NCBI GenBank assembly: GCA_000165425.1 | Contig: CT868219.1 | Span: 190,728-254,727 of the forward strand | Source of the DNA: Paramecium tetraurelia | Lineage: Eukaryota | Direction of reading: 5' to 3' | DNA length: 64,000 nucleotides | In this document: piece after piece, positions 1 to 14,833 of the stretch | Layout of the letters: each line of letters starts with the position of its first letter | Numbering within the stretch: the stretch's first letter is position 1 | The notes under the pieces: generated by a model | What the model was told of the DNA's origin: nothing | What the model saw: the letters and a program-made list of their open reading frames with translations, nothing else | Database searches by the model: none | Translations under genes and position numbers: made by a program

Positions 1-291
1 GAGAATTAAATTAACATTTACTAATTTCGAATGGCTCACTCTAGACAAACAATTTCTTATTAGTATTAGCTTGAGAATCGCAGGGGTCTTCAAAATCTAA
101 AATATATAAATTTGCCACCAAATTATAGTATAAGCGCCAAAAATAGTGCGCGTTTATATATGGATTAATTGATTCAATTCATGAGATAAGTGTTAAGATT
201 TTATACCTTTAATAGTGCCCTTTACAGGTGTCTGAAATACATTGAAATTCAAAGAATCCTCATCAAGTCTGAATTACCCTGTAAAGTCCAT
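1..291 (-). CDS. Hypothetical protein, 5' part only (runs off the window start)
   Basis: ATG at 291 after an AT-rich spacer; reads MDFTGQFRLDEDSLNFNVFQTPVKGTIK... in the ciliate code; no recognisable motif. Confidence 0.4.
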
Positions 292-528
292 AATGGATTA
301 ATAAATTATATTAATAATATTTTACTAATTAAATACTATTAAAAAGGTTTTTATGCATTTATATTTAGATTTTTTAAGGAAATTTGATCTTCTTTTTACG
401 CTGATTCTTGATAACCAAAAAGGATAGTTGGAGAATTAAAGAAGAATTGAGAATGAGAAACATTCATTTTTCTAATTATTATATAATATGTTCTTAAATA
501 TAATAATAATACTAATAAATTGATGATT

Positions 529-3500
529 TCATTTTCTTGGCTTCTCTTAGTTAGCTAACATAATATATTAAAATAATACGATCGAATCCAAATTAAATGG
601 ATGAGGTCTAAAGGAATCCTACTTAATTTGTTTAAGGCGTTTGACCAAAGAATCCGCCTAAGGTGTTGGGCAAACCTTGACTCTGTAGATTACTAAAATT
701 AATTTCTAAAGTAATAGGGTATTGATACTTTATTAAGGTGGTGGAGCTGTATTCTTTTAGTCGAATACACTACTTGTACTTCCAAAAGTGGATGAATTAA
801 TTATAAGAGGCCCAGGTTGACTTTATTACTAAATTCCTATAGAATTTTGCATTCCTTAAAATGGTTAATTGCTACAATTTAAAAATAAAGAAGTAGGTTG
901 GGTTTAAGAGTAAGTGTTAAAATTTACATCTTACTTTTATGAGTTAAACATCGAAGAACCTAGTTATAAAGGAGCTTATGCTTATGGTTAGATTTAAGGT
1001 TCCTGTTAAGTCACATTATTGGCTGGTGTTACTTAAATTTCACTTGGTTAACCAAAAGTAAATAAAGTTGTTTGCTATGGTACTGGGGCTGGGGCTGGTG
1101 CAGGTGTAGATGTCTTTGGAATTTGATTTTATTCTTAATTTTCTGGTTTTTATAGATTTTATAATAGACTTTGAGATTCCTTCTTTGAATTTAAAAGCGA
1201 AGAATCTTCTTACTTCTTTTTACTTTACTCATTTTGTGCAGCATCTTTGGTTTCAGTTTTTATTCCTAAAAAGCTGCTGGCAGACTCTACATTAGGAGTA
1301 AGCGAGGAGAAAAGTAATTTTCCATCTCCAAAATTAGTATTAAATAGAGGAGGCTGACTCGGTTTTTATTATTATTTTTCAGTAGGGTTTTCGTTTGAAT
1401 TTAGGTTAAGCAGTTTATTTGAATTTTAAGTCTGTTGGGAAGTAAGTTATCCAAAAATATTTGATTCTACAGCGGGTTTATCTTAATTGGTTTTATCCTT
1501 TTCATTGGGTGTTTGTTGCTTTAAAATATTTGAATTCTGAGCAGATGCACCTGATTTATCATCTAGTTTTAGGTCTTTAAATAATCCAGTAGTATTATTT
1601 AGAGTTTGTTAACCAAACATGCTTTTTTCTTAATTACCTTCTGTTTTCAAAGGTTATCCAAATATGGCTTTTTCTTAATTGGCTTCTGTTTTTAGAGGTT
1701 ATCCAAATAAGGGTTTAGTGGATTCTTTAAGATTATCTTTTTGTTTGGAGGGATCAATTATTTGAGATTCTACCATATTCATTTCCCGCACACTTTAGAA
1801 GTCTGATTTAAAAGGATTTATTGATTCTTAATCTGATTCTTGACTTAAGAAGCCCCCCTTTGTTCTAGTCATCCCCTTATTATTGATATCGAATAATTAT
1901 TATTATGAATTGGCATCGCTTTTCTTTTCTAAACCCTTATCATTATCATCAAACAACTTATTATTTTTCTTTGATGTATCACTTGATTTATCTTTTCTTT
2001 GGGACTAAATAGGTTCAATTTTTTAATTCCTTTCCGTTTGACCTTTAAAAGTACCCATAAGAGATGACCCATTTTCTGTTTAAGCTTGAATAGTTTTAAC
2101 TTAATCTTTCGAATTTGATACTTGATTTTGATTATAATTATTGCTTTCATATAGAGTGTCAAATATCTGTTGTTTTTAAGAAAATCTTGAAAGAGGTATT
2201 CCAAAAGATGTTGTGGACATCGCATTTAAAGGAAGGCTTAGATCATTAATCTCCTTACTGGACTCATTCCCTAATTGTAAGTATTTGACGTTGGATTTGT
2301 GAGCTTAACATAATTTTTCAATAAATGCCATTTGTAAATCAGTCTTTGGTTCTTAATCACAAAATTCTGAGAATACTATCTTTCTTCCGATTTTAGTTTT
2401 TGAATTACTTGGTTATTTTTTAGGTGTAATATGATGAATACTTGGAAACTCAAATTCTCCAAATGTGATTTTATTCCTCTTAATGGGATTCATTTATAGA
2501 GTATTAATTACAAAGTTACAAATCCATGAAAATTGTTCTTCTACTTTTGATAATGAAGCTAAAGTCGTTTGAATTTCATCATAACTGAATTTGAATTTTG
2601 GAATATCAAATGACTTTCTAAGTAAACAAAAGTCTTAGACAGAAGAACTTTCCAGAGTCTTTTATTTCATCAATTTTCTAGTGTTATGTATCTAAGTGTA
2701 TTGAGCACTTAATTCATCCAAAAACTTTTGGGATGTGAATATAGAGAAGTATGGTTTCATAAGCAGATCCTCTTCTTCTTCTCCATTCAATTATTTCATG
2801 GATTGCTTACAAAATTCTGATAATTAGTAAGTAATTTAGGTGACCCTTTTAGGTGGTTAAGGTTATTGATTGATCAATTATTTTGAGATTTCATTTTATT
2901 ATCTGTCGGGTGTTTTTAATTATTCCGATTATGAATTCTTTTAGGGATTTGGTTTGTCTTCAAAAAGCTACAAGAGTGGAGTTGAATCATCCAACTTATC
3001 TAATTTTATTAACAATAGTCTATGAATGGTCAGATTGCTTTTTTCATCGAATTCGTATATTAATATTGATGGCTACATCTAGTATTGAAATTCTTTTTGT
3101 TCCTATTTTGCTTTACATAAACCTGGCTTATCCCCTAATTTCTCCTCATTAGGTAACACATACTTAAGAGTTGAGATTCCTTTAACAAAATGAGTGTAGG
3201 ATGAAAGTTAGATGGGTTCCCCTTTTTCATTATCAATAGTACGCAAGTCATTTCCACAAACCTAGAAAACAAATCCTTCTTAGACTCCATTGGGAAATAT
3301 TATGATGATTTTTGCTATGGGTGTATTTATTGAAGTTATGTTCCAATCAAAATTAGTGATTTAAGTTTAGATGTCATTTATGTTTAGATTGGAGAGTACA
3401 TCATTCAAATGTAATTCTGATTTTGCTTGATTTCTTTCTGCATCGTAATTTAGTATAAAATGATTGAATTCATACTCATCAATGGTTGCAAAGGATAAGT

Positions 3501-5591
3501 AAATGTGATTCTCATGCAATTAGGCAATAAAATACTCCTTTGATTATATTATTTCGATGTCAATTTAGACTAATTATTTTGTGACAAAGTCCTTCAATAT
3601 ATATAATTAGTCATCGATTATTAGTAACAATTGTGGTTACCCATCTAATTATAATAGACAACCAGCATTGCTTCTATGCGAAACCTTCTACTATAAGCTG
3701 TCCTTTTTATACTCATACAATATTTATTAAACACCATCCTAAGAAATGGTCAATAAGAGATACTAATCTAAAACCTAGACTCTGGTTATATTATTGTGAT
3801 TCAAGAGTAGTTTTACATTCCATTGATTATCTTAGTAGTTAACCAAGTACAAGGAAGTGTTGGTTTGTATCAATATCTTATTCTAAAATAGGAATAGACT
3901 ATTAATAAGTTCTGCTGGATTAGAGGTAACCTTTTGAATTTACAACTTAGGTTATTATTATTCTGATAATATTTATTATACAATAATTGGTGTAAGTATT
4001 ACTATTTCTCTTTCATGTCCTATGATTTGAAAATGTTGATAATCAATGACTAAATTAGCTGAAGGGTTCTGATTCTGATGTAATCTAAATTAATAATCGA
4101 TTCTTCCTTTGCCGAAAACCATTTGAGAATCTTTGTTTTGTGTAATCAATTATAAATTAAAGGGTGGATTAGCAATAATGTTCATCTCCTTCTTCTCACA
4201 TTCAATTACAGTGAACTTTATATCATCCAAACCCTTTTAAAACTTTTGAGATCTTGTAGATACCAATTGAGGATTCTAAAATAGATTTTAACTATTCTAA
4301 AATATGCTATTTTAAGGTTGTGGTTGATTAATCTGATATTCCACGATTTTTTTGAAATTAAAGAATTCATACATTTACAATCCTCCTTTTTTGTCGAAGA
4401 TGCAGACATTAGGATTTCGTTCAATGCAACGAAAGTTCTTTTGGTTCATTCCGAATCCAATGAAGGGATTGGATTTATAAGTGACCAACCCTCTAATTTC
4501 TGAATGTTGAAGCAATTCCAATATTTCATCTGAATTCTCATATCTCTTAGCTTGTTAACACAGTCTATCCAAGGACCAAAAGGTAGCCACTCTCAAATTA
4601 CTACCGAAAACTATGTATAGGTCACTTAGTTGTGTGATTCCAAAGTCCCCTTTGTTATTTGTATCTACAATTAGATCCACTTCTCTGTGACTACTCTCTT
4701 TAATGGGTTGATTGCAAGTAATATCGAACCAAAAGACGTGGGAACTATAAGTAGCTGGTTCCTCATCTTCATCGTCGTAGGGTTCGTATTTGGTTTAATA
4801 ACCACAGACACAAATGAATTTATCTATCAAAAAGAGGGCCTTTATTGCTATGGGGATTGGAATAGCTAGTTCGTAGTTTCTTTAAAGACTCTTAACAACA
4901 TAGGAGTTTTCGCATATGTAGTAATATTCTTAATCTTTGAGATAACCAGCAACTATATTGTTGTCAGCTTTGAGAATTTGCTCTGTTTGATTAATCAGGT
5001 TTATTGCTATTAATCTATCGGACAAACAAAGGAAAAGCACATTATTTTAAATGTTTAGTTGTTTAATATTGGAATAATTGTAGGTTTTTTGGAGTGAAAA
5101 CTAAAAAATATTTAAATAGTTTAAATACATTTGAATTACTAAACTTATATAATATGATGGCATTTTCTGTTCTAACGATTAATTGGTTTTGATTTGGATG
5201 CATCGATATCACATTTCCAGATGTCACTGTATGTTATTGTTATGGCAAACAAGTTTGATACTTATCAGTTGAAAATAGATCTGATATTCGATCATACTAT
5301 AAAATCTTTTGTTTGAAAGCAATCAACAATTTATCATTGATTATAGTAAATATGGAACTTGAATTGGGAGTCTAATTGGTAAATTAATTATCAGTGTTCT
5401 GGGAGTCCAATTTCCCTGGACCCACAATTGGTTCATATTCTTATAGTTTGTGTTTAATGCATTGTGCCCTAAAGTATAAAATTAGTATCTTACTTATTCA
5501 AAATAATCCATTAATCTTTGCAATCTGGAATGTCTCCTTTCTTTTGGTAATCATATGTCAAAGAAATGCAAGCGTATTGATTGATTTTCAT
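529..5591 (-). CDS. Large FG-repeat nucleoporin (Nup214/Nup159-like layout: beta-rich N-terminus, FG-rich C-terminus)
   Basis: Starts MKINQYACISLTYDY; short introns (e.g. ~5101-5128 and ~558-582); C-terminal third is low complexity with LFGQ/IFGQ/MFGQ/FFGQ/QFGF motifs; ends ...FGFDPNQEKPRK-TGA. Confidence 0.65.
1610..1720 (-). repeat. Coding tandem repeat, ~45 nt unit (15 aa), about 2.5 copies
   Basis: KPLFGQPLKTEANQEKAIFGQPLKTEGNQEKSMFGQ inside the nucleoporin. Confidence 0.75.
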
Positions 5592-5709
5592 TTATAAAAA
5601 TTTATTTAATTATTATTAATCACTAAAAGCAACAATAAAAATAGACCTCTTCATTTTAGATATCTTAAAAACAAAATCAATATCAAACAATAACACTCAC
5701 ATTCTCCTC

Positions 5710-7214
5710 TCATATGATCAATGGATATGTGGCATTTTCTATCTTCTTCAGATCTTCCCTTCTGCAATAACTCATTTGAGGAGTGATCTCAACCAAATCT
5801 TTCTCTTAAGTTCCTTCCAATTTCAAGATTCTCTTATGTGCATTAGACAACTAGATTACAGCCTTTCTTGGATCATCAATGAGCAATGCATAATCTTCAG
5901 TTTGATGTAGGATAGTGAGGTCAGTCACTTCGATTATATCTTGAATATGCTTTTCAAATTAGATATTATTTCCTCTTTTTATAGTATGATATCGTTGATT
6001 AAGTCTCAATGCTTTTTCGTGATTCTACTTCAATGTATTGAGAAAAGAAACAGATAAATATAAATCATTCAAACACATTTGAGCCAAGTTTTATGAACTC
6101 TCTTCTACTCCCTTGTCTTATTCTTTATATGTCTGAAATTACTTAGCAGAATAAAATATTCTATCATCCAAAATTGAATTAGTTTCAATAACTTTACATA
6201 ATGCATCACCCTTCTATTGACAAATGAGATGCAACATTTAGGGGTCTAATGGCAATCCAGCTAGATTATCCAAACCCAAGAAATGAATATACTCCATGTT
6301 TGGAAATTTACTGAAATTATCTAAAACCCTTTTACTTTATGAATGAATTGAGTTATAAAAAAATTGAACCAGTCCCTTCAGGTGTCATAAAAGCTTGATT
6401 TTCCTATTCAAACACTACCTATCCTTTTATATCAATCACAGGAAGAGATTTCTCAAATATAAAAGTGATGGACTAAAATCCAAAATCTCTTCTGCCTTTG
6501 AGATACATTTAGAATTTCTCGGAGTTTTAATCCGAAAGCACTATCGCAATAGGATAATCAACAATCTCTTGGTTTTCAGATGCTTAACCATTTAAATTAA
6601 TGTAAATTACCTATCATAATAACCTTCTTCAGTCTCTCCATCATTATTTAAACGACACACTTCTTAGAAGGAAGTCCTATATCGCTTAGCAGTTTATCAT
6701 ACAATCGAGAACTACGACCTCCACATAAAAATACTATGCCCACCTTATGTTTCTTAAAAGTTATTCATCACTCTATACCTTTATCAAATCAAGATTCTGC
6801 TCTTGACTATTGATACTTTGTATAACATTGCATGAAAACTCATCCGGTTAATTTTTTTTATAACAATGATGAAAGAGCTATATAACGTTAATGTTTTTCT
6901 ATACAGAGTCAATGAATTCAAAATCTATGCGTTCTAATTTTGTCATAAACTATTGCTTTTTTTTACTGTCCATCTTCTCCAACATTTTTAAGATATGAGT
7001 TTATCGAGAAGCAATCATTCTTTAAATTAAAGATGAAAATATCGTGTCAATCTGCTATTCTACTTTTTATTATGTTTTACTTACAAGCTGCTATATTGTT
7101 TGCAATATTTTCCAGTTTTTAATAAGTTGAAACCCTATTATAATCAAGTTTTTAATAATCCTGCTCTGAATTCTCTATTTTCTCAGCTTCATTTTGAGAA
7201 GTGCAAATTCCCAT
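5710..7214 (-). CDS. Hypothetical protein with N-terminal MGxC acylation motif
   Basis: Starts MGICTSQNEAEK; intron near 6590-6611; ends ...ENATYPLII-TGA; no family recognised. Confidence 0.6.
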
Positions 7215-7857
7215 TTCCAATAAGAATTTACAATATTAAATATATTTATATAATTTAGAATGAAAGTACTCAACAATTATTTTTAAACTATTGTAAAAGA
7301 AAGTAACAGTTAACTTCTAAAAATATCGAGAAACATTCCTAAATGGGAAGCTAAACCAATAAAGTCTAAGATTAAAACGGATATATAATTAATTCACCTT
7401 AAATATGAAGGTATTTTAATTAGTTTTTTATTAATTATGATCAATTTTATTTCCTTAAAATATTATTCATTCTCATTGTGGATAATATTAAAAGCATTGT
7501 AAACCTATTTTTTATTCACTTTTATTAATTAGATTTAATAATTAGAGTTTGGAATCATAGAGCTATTTATATATTCTTTTTATTTGAAATAGATTCACAG
7601 AAACAACTTTTAGGCAGAATTATATAATGACATAGGGAATATGATTTTTAATTTGATTGATCTGATAAATTAGGAATTTACAATTATAGATAGATTTCTA
7701 ATCTAAATACTGTTATTCTTAATTGCAAATTTCAGAAATAGTTAGGCTTGAAAATCTATTAGATTTACTCTGATTGTAACTCAGGTTGAGTTTGGTTTGA
7801 TTAATATAGAATATTGAAGTGGAGATAAAAAGTGATTAATTTTATATTAATTTAAAT

Positions 7858-10800
7858 ATGAAAATTCCCATAAATATACTTGAACAACCAAAAGAAATTG
7901 AACTACGAGTATTTAATATATAGAAGTCTAGATGCTGGAATTCATTCTATAGAGCTCGAACTTTCTAGATGATTTGATGAAACTTGTTACTGATCAAAGT
8001 CATCCAATCCACAAATTATCAAAAGGATCATTATGTTTAATTATTGATAAGCTTGATTAATATATCCAAATAGCTGTTGAACAAATTTAAAAAAATCCTA
8101 GTTTCAAATGTCATATGTTGCTATCCCTTATTAATTGTGTCTTGGAATTAGAGTGTTATCGGTATTTGATTAAATTAGAATAGAAAATTGTTCAATTCAT
8201 TAGATCATTTATTTAATATGTTAGAATATTCAGATAGTTTCCTAGTCTATGAGCAAATAATGCTTATCTTAATAAAAATCTATAAATAGCCTTCAAATTT
8301 AAACAATCCATAATAAAAAGATGTCTGCAATCAATAACAAATTGAATATCTTCCAAGGGCTATCTATTTTACGAGAATCCTCCTTGATCATTATAACAAC
8401 TTGTCCTTCACCAAGATAGATTTATTAGATTATTTTAATCAAGATGCTAATTATCAAACCCTTTCTGAAGCTCCAATAGAATTTCCAAAACTGGTATTAG
8501 AGTATATGGAACCAACATTGATGAATGAATCATATCAAGATTTGTGCAAGAACGGTATACACAAGAAAGAATTACATCAACCGATTTAAATTAGAGTAGT
8601 TGTCAACAATATAATTAGAATTTTGAAATAACTGATGTCAATTCCATTACGGCCCTAGCATTGTCCCAAACGCTTCTGAATGCGCAAGATTAAAGCTATT
8701 GTCCTTTACTTGATGCCATGAAATATAGGATCCTTATCTGTAAAGGATTTTAACAAAATAAAATTCCAACGATCTCAATCGTAGTAGTTTTGCACATACA
8801 ATCCCTTCTAATGTATATGTTGCTAACTTAATTTTGCCATATCAATAATTGTGGAGAACTATTAGATCAGGTTTTCGAAGAATAATTAGAATATGAACAT
8901 CACTTTAAAATATACATGAAATTGTTTTAATTGAAAACAATCGACCCTCAATTATTGTCCACTTTACTATTGACATTAGATGAAATAATAACAATTGAAA
9001 GACAGAATGAAAATGAAGTCGCTTTTAATATAGCCAAAAATTATGATGAAACATTTCTATAATTTATTTATGATGTTTTGTCCATGCATCCTCTTTAAAT
9101 TGAAACAGAATAAAGTTATCCTTTATAATATTTTCCTACTCTTTTGAGTGAACAATGTGCAAAACATTAGAGATTAGCATCAAGTATTTTTCAAATATTT
9201 TCATCTGAACCAGGTGTACTCCTATTAAGCAGAACTAATATTGCTCTTGGATCTTCCTCTGCTCTAATTAAAGCACTTTATCTATAGGATAATAAAATGC
9301 TATTACCTCCTGAATCTTTTAAAGCCGCAATCCTACTACTAAGCAGATTATCTAGAAAGGATGACATCTAAAGAGATCTCAGAATCTTTAATGATCTCAT
9401 CAAAATTGTAGAAAATTAGATTAAATGTAATATTGATATTTAAAAACCTACTTAAAATGGATATTCCAATATCACTTTAGAAGAAGCAGATTCAGTTATT
9501 GCTGTCTGCATTTAATCGATAAATGAACATTTTAGAGATGATCTTGGCAGAAGACTAAATAGAGTTAATGCTCCTTCTTTTGCTAGATAAATCTCAGAAT
9601 CAATTATCATTAAATAACTATAAAAATTATTTGAAAATTTTCCTCAATTTATAGGTTCAATCTAATAAACCTTAATTCTAATCTCCCATTTAGCTAATGA
9701 AGTTCCAACTTTAATTGGTAGGTTAATTGATTCCAATTTACCATAAACACTAAATGAGATCATATAAAAAATGAGTATCGATAAGATCAACTATAAGATT
9801 ATGACAGCAATATTCTAATTTTACTTTAACATTTCATTAAAAGAAGAAGGCTATGAAAAATTCAATAAATCTGGAATGTGTTTCTTGGAAAATATAGTAC
9901 ACTATTCATTGATTGATAATTTGAACAGTCCAAGAGAACAATTAAGTGGCTTAGCCTAATGTATAACTAAATATACACAAAAAATCGATAAAGTTGGACC
10001 TTAGGTTTGCGAAATACTCAATCAATCAGTAAAGAAATTATGGATGTGCTTAAACGAAAAGAAAAATTAATTAACAATTTCTAATATTTATACATAATAT
10101 TTTGAGATTATTACTCAAATATAAAACTTGTCCATTCTAAGCTTTAAGATGTTCCATTATCCTCATTATACCTACTTGGCTGAAATGAATTCAAAAGGAT
10201 TTTTTGATTCCTTATTGATGTTCTTTGAATTTCCAACATTTGATTTTAAAAATGACTTATTGAAAGTATTTAGGTGGTTAACTTCAGTTGATGAATATGA
10301 GAATCCTCATAAAATATTAAAAAAGACTTTGTTAGTTATGGATAAATGGGAAAACTCAATAAACCAGACTACCCATACTGTTAATGTTTTGTATTACAAT
10401 GCTCAAAAGTTATTTTAAAGTTTTAGTTAGCAATCAATATAGTAAAATCTTTAAATGGCATCTTTCCATTCTTAAATAGAATGCTTACTCGAAATTTTAA
10501 AACTTTACTTAGTAAACTCTCCATAAATTAATTGGGAAAAAACAGATCTAGTTAATTTACACCATAAGTGCTGTGGTTTATTCACAATCATATTAGGTTC
10601 AGTCATATTTAATAATGATGATAATCAAAATGATCAAACATTAAAAAAATCTGTGTTTTATTCTTATATTTAAAGTTTAAAGCATGTGATTGTTAATTCT
10701 TTTAATTTAATTAATAGAAAGAATAGTGAATTAAACACATTAATAGCTTTGTTTAATTAAATGTGTTAAAAATTACAAAATGACAATATATAGATAGTGA

Positions 10801-13800
10801 TTCTGTATATATCATAAATTGATGAATTATTAATCAACCTTTTTGAAAGTAAAAGAGTGCCTGAGAATAAATATTTAAATTTAGATTTTATAAATTTGTT
10901 ATTAAAATCACCATTTACTAAATGTTTTTAATTGGCAATACATTAATACACAAATATGACACTCTAAAATCAAAATGATCAACTCAGTATTTTGTCTAAA
11001 CATTTTTCCTCAATCATTAAGATTTTGTATATAAATAAATTTGAAAAACAACATTCAGAGTTTGGATATTCATTATTACCGCAACAAATCTCAGATATAT
11101 AGAATATGCTTTAAATAACCCAATTTTCTAATTCAGATGAGATTTCTAACATATAGTGGATTCTAATTGAAAAAGTAATGATGATATTAAGTCCTACTTT
11201 TTTGTAAGATCTAATCATAAAAGAAAGAGAGAGGCTCAATTTTTTTACATTTTCCAGTTTTAGAGAGGATTTTGGGAACTTCAATATAATATAATAAAAT
11301 GATTCAACCTAAGCAAGGGATTAATTAATAGGCATGGGATTTTCAGATGATGCGATTTCATTGGCGTTTTAAAATATTAGATTTCCTGATGTAGGCAGGG
11401 CTGCTGCATGGTTAGCTGATAATTAAGACAAGGTTGAACAAAAAAGATAGCAGATGAAAGAAAACCAAAGGAATGTATTTTCTGTTGGATCCATTTCTGA
11501 AATCATTCAACATAAATAATAGGAACTCAAAAATTATATCAAAACTAATATACTTTTCTTTAATAAGTTTGAAGAAACCTTATTTAAAGTATTCGATGGA
11601 TAAATGATGCCTTCTTTATTGATGTGTTTAAAATAGGCAGTTTAAGAATAATTTAAATTGTAGTTAAGATTTAAAGATTGCGAATTAGAACTTAAAAAAC
11701 CCTTAAATAATGATATAAAATTGATAATCTCAGTTTTGCATTTTATATATAAATAATAAAATTTAGTGCAAGAATATGATTATATTGTGATTGAGATGAT
11801 GAAATTAATTTAGGAATTATTGAAATATGAGGATGAATAAATAATTAGAGCTGTTAATCATGTTTTAGCAATCTTAACTCTCTTCATAACAGACGATTAG
11901 AAGTAGAAAAAATATAATCATGACATTTTGAATGAAATATTGGTAGGAGTTCTTAACATTTTGAAAGGGAAAGTATAAAATCATACAACATCAAAAATCT
12001 GCATAGAAATATTGGTGAGAGCATTCTAAGTCAATAGAGAGAGTGTCCATAAATTCGTCTATCAAATGAAAGGATTAGAGTATCTCTTAAAAGTAAAAGG
12101 AGATTCAAAGAATCAACTTTATAGCTTAACAAAACTTGTATTATCTATTGTTCATGATTCCAGTATTGTTATAGCATAGGTTGAGGCTAAGCTAAAAAAA
12201 ATAATCTATGATTAAGAATACAATAAAGAAATTGAAAATTCAAATAAATAGGTTTAATTGCAATAGTCTTTGCATACTCCATAGCATAATACTTATCCTT
12301 CATGTTTTAAGCCTATTCATTATAACATACAAATTCCTAATGAAATAAGATTAGCTAAGGATAATTTGGCGTTGACTGCTATATAAAATTAGTGTTTTTA
12401 TAGTGAATAAATCAAATTCGTTATAAATTCACTATTTGAAGATTAGCCAAATCACTATGTTTTAAAAAAAGGTTTTCATCTATTCACTTTAGATTGTCTT
12501 GAACCCGTGAGTTTCTAAAAATATAAGGAACCAGAGAGTGCAAAACGAAGCGTTAAGACTTCAACTAAGAAAAAGAAGAGTGAAGATAAAATGTAGTTAC
12601 AATCTAATTTTTAACATACTCAAGAAGCCTAAATTTTAATAAAACTATTAATTTAATAGATGATTATATCTTATTTTGATAAAACAGAGCCATATCAATT
12701 TTAATGGAATATAATTTGCTAAGTACTTTAGGTTTTAATAAGAAGATACCCAATCCTAATTCCGAAATTGGTTCGAATAAATTGTAGCAAATTTCTTAAA
12801 CCTTATCATAAGTCATTAGGGCCTGATTATAATGAGACAGATTTCCCTCGCAAAATCTCTTTTATTTCATTAATAACCAAGATCATGACTCCCATAAAGA
12901 ACTTGCTTTTTGAATTATGCTTAGATAATGTCATTCTGAATTAGATGTCTAATAATTCTACTGCTCCATTTTCAATTGAAATTAGAAGGAAAATACTGAA
13001 TGATATCTATGAAGGAATAGAAAAGAGAATCAAATCTTTAGATTCAAATTTTTGTCATTTATCAGACACATTAGTATTCTTAATATAAATAAAATCTGTG
13101 GCTAAAATTTGTTTTAAAAATGTAAATGAACCTTAAAATTCATTTAATTTTGTCAAACTCTATATAGAAGGAATGAAGAACTTTGATTTGAAGTCATATT
13201 ATAATTACGAGAATGAATTACAGTTCTTGAATGAAACACTGGCAGTTTTATTCAATGTGGCTGCTTATTTACTTCTTTTTAAGCCATCTCTTATTGTGAT
13301 ACCAAAATAAATTTAAGAGCAATAAGGCGATCATTTCCAACTGTAAGGAATGGTTGGATAACTACTACCAGAAGATATAAATTGTCAACTTATCCCAAAC
13401 AAAGGTATAATCTATCAGGACCCTATTAAATATTTCATAAAATGGCCTCTGTTACCTATTTCATTTCATGAAGGATTGAATTAAACCACAAGACAAGATG
13501 AGTTAAATTTATAACATATATGGTCACCATTTCGTAGAAGAAATAGATTCCTTAATATGGAGATTTTAGAGGATATTCAAGATGAAAATGATGAGTTTCA
13601 AATTGAACATGATGATGATGACGACAATTATATTTAAAGTGTTGAGAGCAGATATGATTCAAGTATAATTGAAGAATCAGCTGAAGAAGAATTTGATCAA
13701 GAAGTAAATAGTTGGGTTACAAGTTAAAGTGGAAATAATCAAATTGAAGCTGAAGATCCTTAAAATGCTAATTCAAGTTGGACTGATGAAGATGATGATT

Positions 13801-14776
13801 AAATTGGAGAGGATGGTCAAGATGATGATGTTGAAGATAGTGATGATTCGGATGATGATAATGCATCAAATAGTGAATTAGGTGGATTAAATTAAGAGGA
13901 GATTGATCAAGAAATTTTGGAACGCAATGTTTAAGATCTAAATTAAAATATGAACCAACAGCATAATTTTGCCTAGAATGAACAATATAATTAAGGTTTA
14001 GAGTAAAATAAGGGAACTGTTAATCATTATCATCATCTTACCAACAAGGAAGATTTGACTTTCATGAAAATGACTAAATCTATCATCTAATTGACAGGGA
14101 TTAAGTTTTCGAAATAATTTCTGAAAATCTTGGATAAATTTAACTTTTTATTACCTGAAAAGCTATAAGTTGGTGACTTATAACTTATAAATTGGTGGAC
14201 TGAATTAACTTCAAAACAGACAATCCCTGAAGAAAGACTGCTTCTTTAATAAGACGTTAGAATTCAGCCACTTAATATTTTTAGGGAAAGATTAGGAATA
14301 GATTTCCTAAGAATTGATTAAGATGATAGACTCCTAACTCGAGTATAGCAACAACCACATGCCAGAACAGCTCGTAATAATTTACCATAAATAATAAGAG
14401 AATTTCCAGATAGGCAATCACAATTTGATATATTATTGGCATAATAAAGACAATTTTAAGAATAATTTGGGTAATAGCTAGCTAATTTATAACAATAAAA
14501 TGTATAGACAATTCAGTCATCAAATGAAGATTAAATTAGGGAACACTAATACTAACAACCAAATCAATAGAATCAATAATAATAATTAATAAATTGTTAA
14601 AATCATCCAGAAGATTATGGCATTCAACTTTCACAATTCTAAGAACTTACATGTGGAAGTTAATCCAATTAAATAAATGCAGAAATTGAAATCCAACAAC
14701 AATAATTAAGATTTGAAGAAAATAATCAAAATGTCATAACAGATTAATAGGAGAAGGTTGAATAACATTCATCTTA

Positions 14777-14833
<57 letters not shown>

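Noticed and set aside
14775..14831. (TAA)n as telomeric or non-coding satellite
   Set aside because: In-frame poly-Gln; Paramecium telomeres are G(G/T)GGTT-type repeats, none seen in the window
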